This document shows positions 1 to 9,420 of a stretch of 64,000 nucleotides of DNA, one piece after another. The stretch lies in IMG/VR virus record IMGVR_UViG_3300037010_001382, positions 1 to 64,000 of that record. One strand, 5' to 3'. A program made the position numbers and the translations under genes. The stretch's first letter is position 1. Each line of letters opens with the position of its first letter. The notes beneath the pieces are model-generated. The model worked only from the letters and a program-made list of their open reading frames with translations, did no database searches and was not told the origin of the DNA. This DNA is from a virus.

Positions 1-104
1 CTGAACAAAACAAAGCGATGTTTCAATCATTACCATCATCAGAGAAGTTCATGGATACTATCATGAACATTGGTAAGAAACCTGTAGCTGAACAAAAAGC
101 GTAA
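1..104 (+). CDS. 3' end of hypothetical protein (partial)
   Basis: Open frame from the window edge (...EQNKAMFQSLPSSEKFMDTIMNIGKKPVAEQKA) to TAA at 102-104. Confidence 0.6.
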   Translation, partial: EQNKAMFQSLPSSEKFMDTIMNIGKKPVAEQKA

Positions 105-212
105 TCATGTAATGCCTCACGTACGAGCGCATGATATTATAAATACATTAAAGGTGAGCAAGCGACCTGAACGGCTACGTAATCTAATTGTTAATGTTTT
201 AATTGAATTGTT

Positions 213-746
213 ATGAAAATTGTAAATGCAGAGTTGAATCAACTCCAGACTGGTACTGTATTGGAATTTAACGCTCAGGACCTTATTGGTCTGCGTTTCG
301 TTGGTGAGAAAGAAGGTGCTGAACGTAAGGACGGCAAGGATGCTCTCACCTATTATCGTTTCGCATTGGGCAATCGTGTCTTTACCATCGGCAGTGATGA
401 CATGGAAAGTGTTGAACTGCTGCGTGATGCTAAGCGTCGTGCTACTGTAGGTAAGTTGTTGCTTGAAGCGACATCGTTTGAACGTCCTATATTGGATGAA
501 CAACTACAGGACACAGGCGAGAAGGAAACAGCTTATAGCTTCAGGTTCCATGGTGTGGTTGACCTGAATACAGCTAAGCAGCTTGCTACTGCTGCTGGTG
601 AACTTCAGGCTATTGATGCCAAGTTTGCTCCTAAGCCTGTAACTGATAATACTATGTCTCCTGCTGCACTGCAGAAGATGATAGCTGATTCAGTTGCTGC
701 CTTTATGCCAGCTCCTGCTCCTAAGGCAGAGGCTGTTGCTGGCTAG
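213..746 (+). CDS. hypothetical phage protein (177 aa)
   Basis: Long ORF with Ala/Pro-rich tail, followed by a terminator-like hairpin. Confidence 0.8.
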   Translation: MKIVNAELNQLQTGTVLEFNAQDLIGLRFVGEKEGAERKDGKDALTYYRFALGNRVFTIGSDDMESVELLRDAKRRATVGKLLLEATSFERPILDEQLQDTGEKETAYSFRFHGVVDLNTAKQLATAAGELQAIDAKFAPKPVTDNTMSPAALQKMIADSVAAFMPAPAPKAEAVAG

Positions 747-764
747 TGATTAGCGACATGAGAT

Positions 765-818
765 AAGATAGCGTGTGTTATGTGTACTATGTATATGTAG
801 CGCATGCTATCTTTTTTT
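765..818 (+). terminator. long G-U-rich hairpin followed by T tract; probable intrinsic terminator
   Basis: aagatagcgtgtgttatgtgtac / gtatatgtagcgcatgctatctt pair over 23 bp (several G-U), then a T run. Confidence 0.65.
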
Positions 819-1143
819 CTTTATTGCGGCATGAGCAGGTATATCTATCACTAGTCGCTGTTGGTTAATGTGACACAGTCGCTGCAAGTACGAAAGAGTT
901 GTGTAATGTAGCTCATGTGCTGTACTCTTACTAAGTTGTGTGTAGAGGGAATACTTTCTCTTGCTAATATACACTTTTTTGATGATATACACTTTATAAG
1001 TGGTTGATTATCAACAGTTTACGAGAGAAAATTAATGAGTAGAAGTGATATATAATGAAGGTATCATCTATCAATCTTATCTTATCATTTATTCATTCTT
1101 TCAATTTAACAATAATTATTAACCTCTAATATAGCGTTAGCAT

Positions 1144-2136
1144 ATGACAACAATCACATTTGATACACTCACTAAGCAACAACAACTTAATATGCAGGAT
1201 ATTTATCAACTATTAGATAAGCTTAGAGAGTTCTCTAATAAGATGAATGCTAACCTATTAAACTATCTCTTTGGATGTGATAAAACTGCTATCATGCTTA
1301 TGGGTAGATTTGTAACAGTTAATAAGCGAGATGTATTACAATGGTTTGTTTCTCTTACATTAGATCAAAAGGGAATAGTTCTATCTAATATCTATTATAA
1401 TGATGAATTGTATATTCATTGTTACTAGTGATATCTCTTGTCTATTCTATTGCGTTAATTTAAATTTTAAAATAATGATATTCAATTCAGATGAAGAGCT
1501 GATACTTCATTGAGAAAAGTCCTAACGTAATCGTTATTGAATAAAGAAATACATTATGGTAATATCTATTGAACTGGCTCAGCCAGCAAGTACAGATGAT
1601 CTCATACAAATGAGTGATATACTGAAAGAGTTTGGTGCAACAGATGTAAGATGTGCGACTCATACAATATCATGTATGACAACAACAGCATCATATCATA
1701 TTATAGCTGATTATATGGCTGAAACTGAACATTTTTATCAAAAAGTATAAATTCAATTCAATGAGTCCTGAACAGAAAAAACAATTACAAGCTGCTTATG
1801 ACCATATTACTGAATCTAAAGGTTGGGTAAAGAAATTAGCAGAACAATTTCACATTACTGAGCAAGAAGTGCTAGATAATGTTGATCTATAGTCTTAACC
1901 ATTAAACACTCAAAAAAGTGGAAGGAAAGTTATTAAGATGGATACAAGCCATCAATACGCGTAATTCTGTATCTTATAATGAGAGCAGAATGAATGAAAT
2001 GTATAAGACTGTAGAATCTATTGTTGATTTGGATGGTACTTGTATATGGACAGTTGATCAGATAAAGAATAGGTATCAAACTACTAATGATGCAGAATGT
2101 GCATTATTTATGGTTGGATATTTGCAAAAGTTATAA
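1144..2136 (+). other. cluster of small hypothetical ORFs (1144-1428, 1556-1750, 1918-2136)
   Basis: Co-oriented short ORFs with A-rich leaders; no recognisable motifs. Confidence 0.6.
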
Positions 2137-2137
2137 C

Positions 2138-2171
2138 TAAAGCGTCATGTCACGTTACGACAACAATTAAA
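2138..2171 (+). promoter_or_regulatory. conserved leader motif copy 1: TAAAGCGTCA-stem-ACGTTAC-stem-NCAATTAAA-ATG
   Basis: Same motif at 5238 and 4056, with a covarying 4-bp stem. Confidence 0.65.
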
Positions 2172-2477
2172 ATGAAATGTATAATAATTCTGTTATTCGT
2201 ATTTGTATTCTCTATCTGTAGTAGCTATGGACAAGAGATAGTAATGAAATGCAAAGCTACAACAACAACTGGTAAACAGTGTTCACGTAAAGTTGTCAAG
2301 GATGGCTATTGTAAGCAGCATTACCAGCTTCAAACTGGTCAGAGAATACCAAGTAAGCCTAAGATCGATTTGCCTGAAGAATGGCCTTTAATAAGCACAA
2401 ATGAACAGAAGCCCGATCAGATGATCGCTTGGCGTAATCCTGTTACAAATGTGATACATGTAGGATTCAAGCACTAA
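2172..2477 (+). CDS. signal-peptide protein with C-x9-C-x9-C-x2-H zinc-finger-like motif
   Basis: Hydrophobic N-terminus MKCIIILLFVFVFSIC; CKATTTTGKQCSRKVVKDGYCKQH. Confidence 0.6.
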   Translation: MKCIIILLFVFVFSICSSYGQEIVMKCKATTTTGKQCSRKVVKDGYCKQHYQLQTGQRIPSKPKIDLPEEWPLISTNEQKPDQMIAWRNPVTNVIHVGFKH

Positions 2478-2900
2478 GAGTTTACGTAATGAGAAAAATG
2501 AACGGCTGACTGTTTCTACAGTTGGCTTCGTAATGCCCATTCTATCTTCCCAAGAGATAGATATTGTAATATGTGAAAGTCATAGAGGAGTAATCCTACA
2601 GAGCCATAATCGGTCTTTGCAATAGAGTAAAATCTGATTGGAAAATTATCAGATGCAGAGGGAGAAAACTTAGCTGCAGCTAAGGAAAGCTCAGATATAA
2701 GTAACAATCAGTTGTATATGGTGCATGGAATAGTTCCACTGTATATGGCTAACACCCCAGAAGAGGGGAGACATTAAACTGAGGACCCAGTCACCGAGGG
2801 TATAATTGACTTAAAGCTTGTGAGTGGCTATTTATGTTACCTAAGTTCGTAGTACCAAAAGGGAACTGAATTGATGCACATAAATGTGGCAACTCTCCTA
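2478..2900 (+). ncRNA. putative large structured ncRNA (unassigned)
   Basis: ORF-free on +; many hairpins (ggctgactgt/acagttggct, tattgtaa/ttgcaata multiloop, atctgat/atcagat, cttagc/gctaag, cccc/gggg) and a pseudoknot accc/gggt + agtca/tgact at 2785-2811. Confidence 0.55.
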
Positions 2901-2930
2901 TTTAAAACCTAAACAAAATAAAGGTATATT

Positions 2931-3478
2931 ATGCATGTATTAATTTTCTGCGCAGTAGTAGCAGCAATTGTTATTATTATTATTTCTATAATGAAATCTG
3001 AACGTAAGAAACAAGAGATAAAAGACCGTGAAGAACGTGCTCAACAGATTCTTGATCATATAGAGAATGGTAAGCGTTTTGATGCTGAAATGACCGTTTT
3101 ATATGGCAATGAATACAAACATACTAGTGATAGTACAATAGCTCCGTAATGAGGCTAAAAATAGGCAAGAAATTGATTTAACACACATACATCATGGCAG
3201 AATCGCACATTGACACACGTACCCCAGAAGAGATGTACTGGCAAGCGTATAATCGTATAACATCTATTGCTGATAGTATTCTTGCAGTTTTGTCTAAACC
3301 TACGTATTCAACAGATTTTTATTATGTATTTCCTTGGGATTTAAACTCACAGTTCTCTTATACAGGAAAGAATAAAGAAGGGTTGTTTACATTTGTACGT
3401 GCTAAAGATTTCAAAGAAATACAATTAAGTCAGTACAATACTTTATCTCCTGTCGCAAATCGTATTGTATGGGAGTAA
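2931..3478 (+). other. two small hypothetical ORFs (2931-3149 membrane-anchored; 3194-3478)
   Basis: ORF track; N-terminal TM helix in the first. Confidence 0.6.
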
Positions 3479-3540
3479 TGGCAATTATATTTTTTGTATG
3501 TATATTATTATTTATACGAAAGATACTGAAAGGTTAATTT

Positions 3541-3613
3541 ATATTATAGTAAGAAAGAGGTTCGTGTGAAATCCTTAGGTGCGTAACCCCTATGCTCTTT
3601 CTTACTATAATAT
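3541..3613 (+). ncRNA. long-stem element (19-bp perfect stem with structured head)
   Basis: atattatagtaagaaagag / ctctttcttactataatat. Confidence 0.6.
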
Positions 3614-3617
3614 TCTA

Positions 3618-3676
3618 AGTCGTTTGAGCGACTATAAATAGCAGTTTTAGGCTCAAAGCGTTCGAAAGAGGTAACT
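3618..3676 (+). ncRNA. pistol self-cleaving ribozyme
   Basis: P1 agtcg/cgact with loop tttgag pairing to ctcaaa (pseudoknot), ATAAATA linker, P2 agtt/aact, TTAGG...GCG, P3 ttc-gaaa-gag, GT cleavage site at 3671/3672; matches the pistol consensus element by element. Confidence 0.88.
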
Positions 3677-4007
3677 ATTTACGTTCAGCAGTAGCAATAC
3701 GATGGCAATTAGCACATCTAATATCACATTTATCTATTTCTTCTTGTAGTTTTTCTAATGAAGCACTATAAGCTAAAATAGATATATTTGCAGATTTCTC
3801 TCCTCTAACATGGTCGAAGTCTAATGCTCTTGGATCTGAAAATCCACAATCTATACAAGGATGATTTAGTTTATATTCTTGTATATAATTTGAATTGCGA
3901 ATTCTTGTTAATTTTACACGTTCATATGACGCTTTAATGGATTTTTCTCTATTTTCCAAGTAGTATGCTCGCTTTATAGCAGCGCGTTCTTCTTTTGTTT
4001 GTTTCAT
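3675..4007 (-). CDS. HNH homing endonuclease
   Basis: CIDCG...LDFDHV...EIDKCDIRCANCHR; own promoter at 4012-4043. Confidence 0.85.
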   Translation of the reverse strand: MKQTKEERAAIKRAYYLENREKSIKASYERVKLTRIRNSNYIQEYKLNHPCIDCGFSDPRALDFDHVRGEKSANISILAYSASLEKLQEEIDKCDIRCANCHRIATAERK

Positions 4008-4011
4008 GATG

Positions 4012-4043
4012 CAAATATAATGTAAAAAGACCAAATCAACAAA
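4012..4043 (-). promoter_or_regulatory. Bacteroidota sigma-A promoter (TTTG-N20-TATATTTG)
   Basis: Matches the -33/-7 consensus on the minus strand, 4 nt before the HNH ATG. Confidence 0.75.
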
Positions 4044-4055
4044 TATAATTTAACT

Positions 4056-4080
4056 TAAAGCGTTAGCCTACGATACAGCT
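4056..4080 (+). promoter_or_regulatory. conserved leader motif copy 2: TAAAGCGTTA-gcct-ACGATAC-agct
   Basis: Variant of the motif at 2138 and 5238; stem imperfect. Confidence 0.55.
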
Positions 4081-4092
4081 CCTGTTAAAAAT

Positions 4093-5005
4093 ATGACAAA
4101 AGTTACAAAACTTGCATTTGAGTTATTAAAACAACTGCCAACAGATGAAAAATCTCTTACTTATTTACGTATTGTACAAGAGATAATAGAGTGGGAATCA
4201 GCAAAAACATTTAATGTTACAGTTGTTGATCTTGCTATAAGATTTCGTGCATTATGTGATGAGTTAGATGTTATAGCATCAATTGCATTTCTTGATGATA
4301 AAGTAATGATAGGTAAAACTATTAATAAAACAGATGTAGAAATATCATATTATACATACTTTCGCTTTCATCATTATCTCTTGTCAGAAGAATCAAAACT
4401 AAAACTATTATCTAACCTGTAAAAAAGCTAAATCAATTATGGCTGGAAAATTACTAAAGAAAGAACAAACACAAAAGAGAATTATACAATCAGTATTAGC
4501 TCAATCTTTTGTAGGTCAAAAAAAGTTTGTGCTTCGCACAGAATTCACAGCTGAAGGTAAATGCTCAACAGTTATCATTCTCTTCCATAAAAAGAAGAGA
4601 GTAGAAGCTTATTGGGGTTTGGATAAAGCAATTGAAGACTTCAATAAATTGTAACAAATGGATAAGAAAACATTTTATCGTGTATCGCATCAAGATACTC
4701 ATCAAGGACTATGGTATAACTTTGATGGTAAGTTTACAGGTCTTATTCATGATGCTTTTAGCTTTTGTAAGAACACAGAACTAAAGATGGATTTTGATCA
4801 GAGCATTGTTGGATATTTATCTGCTACTCCTGAACTTGATGCATTATATCACTGGTTCACAAAAGAAGACATTTTAAAGTTACAAGAGCATGGTTTCTAC
4901 ATTCATAAATATGAAAGTAGTGATTATTGGTTTTATGAGAAATTTCAACATTTTGTCATTCATCGAGACAGTATGTATTTCGTAGAAAAGATAGTGTTGA
5001 ATTAA
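4093..5005 (+). other. three hypothetical ORFs (4093-4422, 4439-4654, 4658-5005)
   Basis: Tightly packed co-oriented ORFs. Confidence 0.7.
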
Positions 5006-5039
5006 GTTTTTCTCGTTTTCCAAACAAAATGGGAGGTAT

Positions 5040-5113
5040 GTACTTGTAGCTCAGTCCGGTAGAGCAACGGCCTTTTAAGTCGTGAGTCCAGGGTTCAAAT
5101 CCCTGCGGGTACA
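5040..5113 (+). tRNA. tRNA-Lys(TTT)
   Basis: Acceptor gtacttg/cgggtac, D arm gctc/gagc, anticodon acggc-ctTTTaa-gtcgt, T arm caggg-ttcaaat-ccctg. Confidence 0.9.
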
Positions 5114-5237
5114 CTTTTATACTCTACTGATTTAATAAAAACATATTGTAATATTCTAGACACAAATATGGTTCAGTTCTTTAAAGAGGTAGCAGATAGA
5201 CGAGGTAACTCTGTATTTTAAATTATTATTTTTTAAC

Positions 5238-5271
5238 TAAAGCGTCAGAACACGATACGTTCGCAATTAAA
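5238..5271 (+). promoter_or_regulatory. conserved leader motif copy 3: TAAAGCGTCA-gaac-ACGATAC-gttc-GCAATTAAA-ATG
   Basis: Identical spacing to copy 1 (34 nt to ATG). Confidence 0.65.
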
Positions 5272-5619
5272 ATGAGTACTAACAACTCAAAGCCGTACAC
5301 AAAAGATGAGGATGCAATTATCCTCAAAGCTATGTCTGAGCATAAGACTCAAGATGATATAGCGAATGCTGTTCATGGACAAATGGACAGACCTATTAGT
5401 GGTATTAAATACCGAATAGGTATATTGAAAAAGGCAGTTAAGAATACTCTTAAAGATGCCAAGAGTGATCCTAAACCTAAAGCAGATAAAACTGCTGCTC
5501 CTAAGACATCAGCTAATAATAAGCTGCATATGAAAGTAATAGATCTCATCATACCTATATTGTCTGATGAAGAAAGATTACTAATCATTGAAAAACTGTT
5601 ACGATATGAAACAAAGTAA
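5272..5619 (+). CDS. Myb/SANT-like HTH protein
   Basis: KPYTKDEDAIILKAM...RPISGIKYRI resembles a Myb-like repeat; paralog follows. Confidence 0.55.
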   Translation: MSTNNSKPYTKDEDAIILKAMSEHKTQDDIANAVHGQMDRPISGIKYRIGILKKAVKNTLKDAKSDPKPKADKTAAPKTSANNKLHMKVIDLIIPILSDEERLLIIEKLLRYETK

Positions 5620-5944
5620 CAGATTCACCAAAGTAGAAGACGCAATTATTGTACGAGAGATAAAGAATGCTTCTTTAAATCTTACAGTAGCTTTTGAAAG
5701 AGCCGCATCACTATTACCTCTAAGAACAGCTGGAAGTATTGGTAAGCGATGGTATAATTTTCTGCGTTATAGTGAAATAGTTTTTGTTTCAGCATCTGGT
5801 CATTCTGCTATTGAAAATAGAAAGAATGCTCCAAGGAAAATGTTAAAAACAGGAGTAATTAGTGAAGAACTACTTGCTTTATCATTTCCTAAAATGTCAA
5901 ATGCACAACGATTAGAACGTCTTACAGCAATTGTAAAGCGTTAA
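5606..5944 (+). CDS. Myb/SANT-like HTH protein (paralog)
   Basis: RFTKVEDAIIVREI...RTAGSIGKRWY. Confidence 0.55.
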   Translation: MKQSNRFTKVEDAIIVREIKNASLNLTVAFERAASLLPLRTAGSIGKRWYNFLRYSEIVFVSASGHSAIENRKNAPRKMLKTGVISEELLALSFPKMSNAQRLERLTAIVKR

Positions 5945-6587
5945 TAGTATCATTATTCATCATCTTTAGTTACATCTGGCGATTACTTCAAAGGGTGTAA
6001 CTATATTCTAAACTAGCAAATCTTATGGCAATAGTAATTGCATTATTCGTTGTTGGAGCGTGGGTGTGGAACATCTTTGAATGTACTTCTATTTATCCTC
6101 CTATAATTCATGAGGATGAGAAAGAAGTTATTGATCGCCATTATGACGGGGTGATATGAGAATCTTATTAGCAATATTGACAGGTCAACTATTAACATGT
6201 AGTTTGACATACGAAGACATTAGGGAAGAGCAAATTATGTTTCATAATTATCATCGTAATTATGATGATATGGACATTCCATATGCTACATTAAGTGATC
6301 TATGTGATCCCTCAATCTTATCTCTTGTACCTTACAGGCCGTGGACTAACAAATTTAATAAATCTATTTCATCACCAAAAAAGCATTTCTACTATGGATC
6401 TACACCATATTAAGTTATGTATGTAAATCATCAAGTATATGAAACTATTAAATATAATAGGAGTTGTAATACTTATTGGAGCTTTCATACTATTTGTACA
6501 AGAGTTTATTGCTAATATCATAATTGGTATATTAGTATTAGCACTTTTGTTCTTTGGTTCTAGATCCAGATAGTAATAAAATATTTC

Positions 6588-6655
6588 ATCAAAGAGGCAA
6601 GATGTGCGTTTTACTCGGTGTACTTTACCATGAGTTGAGGACTTGCCTCTTTGAT
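6588..6655 (+). ncRNA. long-stem element (14-bp perfect stem)
   Basis: atcaaagaggcaag / cttgcctctttgat enclosing actc-ggt...acc-atgagt. Confidence 0.5.
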
Positions 6656-6833
6656 TCTCATTTCGAAGCAGAAACGACTTCCAAGCGTAGGTTCTGCAAA
6701 AAGGACACGAAAAAGAGTTAATTTATTGATCACCTAATGTGTTAAGAAAGTATCAATGAATGCTGTTCAAAGGCTAATTCAAGTAGTGTCCAAACTTATT
6801 AATTATTTCTAATCTTTTTAATTAGATGATCTA

Positions 6834-7229
6834 ATGAAAAAAATGTTATTTTTATTAACAATGTTCCTAGTGATATTCAGTATCTCTAGTAGAGCTCAGT
6901 ATAAAAAGAAAGTATTAAAAGATGATTCTTTCTTTTTTAATTTGTTCGTGAACGATTCTCTAGCTATTGATGTACAAGTGACAGGAGATAGCTATGATGC
7001 GAAAGACATTAAGAAGAATGTTTTTCATAATGATCAATCTTCTGATAAAACACGTGATGGTGTTTATTTCTGCTTTCACAAGACTTCTTTTAGCATGTAT
7101 TTACCTGATTTACATGCTAAAATCAATGTTATCTCTCGTAACAATACTTCTGTATCTGATCACTTCATTTGGCTATTAACGTCTATTAGAGCAAATCGTA
7201 GGCAATTACAAAAGGAATTTCAATTGTAG
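6834..7229 (+). CDS. hypothetical secreted protein
   Basis: Signal peptide MKKMLFLLTMFLVIFSISSRA-Q (Q at +1 is typical of Bacteroidota). Confidence 0.7.
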   Translation: MKKMLFLLTMFLVIFSISSRAQYKKKVLKDDSFFFNLFVNDSLAIDVQVTGDSYDAKDIKKNVFHNDQSSDKTRDGVYFCFHKTSFSMYLPDLHAKINVISRNNTSVSDHFIWLLTSIRANRRQLQKEFQL

Positions 7230-7234
7230 TATAT

Positions 7235-8020
7235 ATGTATTATAAACAATATAGTGCAGGTTGGTGGGCTTGTAGAATTACTAACGATGAAATAAGAAGA
7301 GAATCTGTTAAAGAGCTTACTAGACAAGGACGTATTGACAAAGTTTTTACAAGCACAAAAGATACAGTATCCAATATTGATTGGGGAATTACTGATAAAC
7401 CTGAGCTTTGGTGGCATTCAGCATATAATAATGTTACTCATAGTCCTGATTTACCAGAACCAAAATATGATATCGATAAACCATGGTATCAATCTCTTAA
7501 AGAGCCCTTTATAGGTAAACGTGTTATACGTACTGCTGCATATGTAAAAGAATATTACGTATCTGCAGAAGCTGCTATGCAAATTGGCACTATTATATCA
7601 TCTGACAATTCTGCAGTTTATATAAATTGGGATAATGGTAAGAAAAATGCTCCTTTGCGTCATTATCATGTACTAGAAGTTATAAGTGAAAATAAAGAAG
7701 CTCAAAAAACAAGCGATATACAAAATGGAAGCACAGGTAAAACAATCTTATCTGCAGTTATTGCAGATGTCAGACAAGGACCGCGATACACAGGAAGTGT
7801 CGTTCACGGTAGAACAAAAAAGCTGCAGTTGCAGTCGGATATCTTAGCAACCAGACAGTCGCTGGGTTCTAAGAAAGCAGACCGCACAAAGATGTTGTTA
7901 TCTAAAGATCTGGACTTTAAGAAGCTCAGTGATCTGGATGATGAGATTGAAGGCCTGGAAAAGGGAATGAAGCGTCTTGAAGAATACAAGACGGAGCTCT
8001 TTCCTGAAGAAATAAAGTAA
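7235..8020 (+). CDS. hypothetical; probably two overlapping genes (7235-~7872 and 7725-8020) fused by an indel in the A6 run at 7816-7821
   Basis: Internal ATG 7725 opens MEAQVKQSYLQLLQMSDKDRDTQEVSFTVEQK, which joins the helical KLQLQSDILAT... tail if one A is added. Confidence 0.55.
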   Translation: MYYKQYSAGWWACRITNDEIRRESVKELTRQGRIDKVFTSTKDTVSNIDWGITDKPELWWHSAYNNVTHSPDLPEPKYDIDKPWYQSLKEPFIGKRVIRTAAYVKEYYVSAEAAMQIGTIISSDNSAVYINWDNGKKNAPLRHYHVLEVISENKEAQKTSDIQNGSTGKTILSAVIADVRQGPRYTGSVVHGRTKKLQLQSDILATRQSLGSKKADRTKMLLSKDLDFKKLSDLDDEIEGLEKGMKRLEEYKTELFPEEIK

Positions 8021-8027
8021 AATAGTT

Positions 8028-8109
8028 TGAATATAGTAGGGAATGTGGCTAACAAGTCAATCGAAAGATGTTGGGGTGTAAATTCCCTGAGCATTCTCTA
8101 CTATATTTA
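8028..8109 (+). ncRNA. long-stem element with GAAA and T-loop-like head
   Basis: tgaatatagtagggaatg / cattctctactatattta; head has atc-gaaa-gat and ggg-gtgtaaatt-ccc. Confidence 0.6.
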
Positions 8110-8119
8110 CAATAAACAA

Positions 8120-8170
8120 GGTTTCTGATGAGTCTTTGAGAATTAAGACGAAACATTTCGATGTCAAACC
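8120..8170 (+). ncRNA. type I hammerhead ribozyme
   Basis: Stem I ggttt/aaacc, CTGATGA, stem II gtctt/aagac, GAAA, stem III cat-ttcg-atg, GTC cleavage after 8165. Confidence 0.9.
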
Positions 8171-8571
8171 ATAAAACGTGTCAATCATGACAAACAATCA
8201 AAGAGTGCTTGTAGCAGGCTTCCTTAGCCAGCTCGCACAAGACAAGAAGAAGTATTCTGCTACAGAGCAGAATGCATTATTTGCTACATCTCACGAATTA
8301 GTGGGTGAAAAGAACAGTGCTGTGAAATATTGTCCTTCTGAGAAGGAAATGGAAGCAGCTGGGTTCCCAGTAATGGAAAATTTTAAGTTAGACACAGGAG
8401 GTATAGCGACAGCTAACATCTCTTCTGCCTCTCCTAACAGTGGTACTGGTAAGCACCTTGCAGGTCGTGAGAAAGATAATATTGAACATGGAGGCGGTCA
8501 CCAACTGCCACAACAATAGTATCTTCTATCTTTAGTTGAATAGTGAAAGAACACACACACGTTGGTTAGTT

Positions 8572-8658
8572 ATAGTCAGATAACGATAGTATGAACTCGT
8601 CCATCATACTTGTTGCTCAGGATTGATACCTTAGAAGGAGAGATCGTTATCTGATTAT
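8572..8658 (+). ncRNA. long-stem element with two-hairpin head
   Basis: atagtcagataacgat / atcgttatctgattat; inner agtatga/tcatact. Confidence 0.5.
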
Positions 8659-8963
8659 TTTTTAAGTAGAAATTGTTAACCCCAATATACAATCTATGCT
8701 GCAGGAGAAAAATGAGTTACCGCAAAAGAAACAATTGCATATATCAAAAATTGCATTTTTTGATTATGCAAAAGATTACAATGAACAAACAGGATTAGAT
8801 CCATTTGAACGAAAACTCAAAGATCCAATGCTGTTAACGCACCCATTTGCTCCATTTACAATTCGATCTCAAGTCGCTCCTAGACCTTACAGTGTCCGAT
8901 TCCTCGGTACGTATATAGAAGAAATTGAGCTGTCATTGAATTAGTAATAAAAGCAGTATACCT

Positions 8964-9009
8964 ATAAGTACAAGAGATAAATCCGAAAGATACGATCTCT
9001 TGTACTTAT
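8964..9009 (+). ncRNA. 15-bp perfect stem element
   Basis: ataagtacaagagat / atctcttgtacttat with atc-cgaaa-gat head. Confidence 0.5.
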
Positions 9010-9420
9010 TCTAAATGCCTATTATCTATTACCATTTTACAAATACATTTCTTAACAAAAAACTAAAACAAGCCTATAAGAAAACAATGAGTAAAAGAGT
9101 GCTTAACGTCACGAGCTCTCTAGATTTATTACTAGTATATGTGACCCAAAAGTTTAATTAAAAAAAAAGAAAACGAAATGCAAACTGAAGAAGCGATTTT
9201 AGCCCGTGAACAATGGGAAAATCATATAGATCAGCGTTTATCTTTTCTTAGGGGAAAAGCAAAGAATTTGGTGCCAGATCCATCGGAAGATGTTGATCCT
9301 GTAATGGCATCTGCATTAAGAGAAGAAAAACGTGAGATTGATGTTCGAATAGAAGAACTAAGTAGATTGAAAAAAGAAATGAGTGAGAACTAACATAGTT
9401 ATCTCTCGTAAAATTATTTA

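Larger units (their letters stand above)
8178..9393 (+). other. three hypothetical ORFs (8178-8519, 8696-8944, 9178-9393) separated by stem elements
   Basis: ORF track. Confidence 0.65.
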
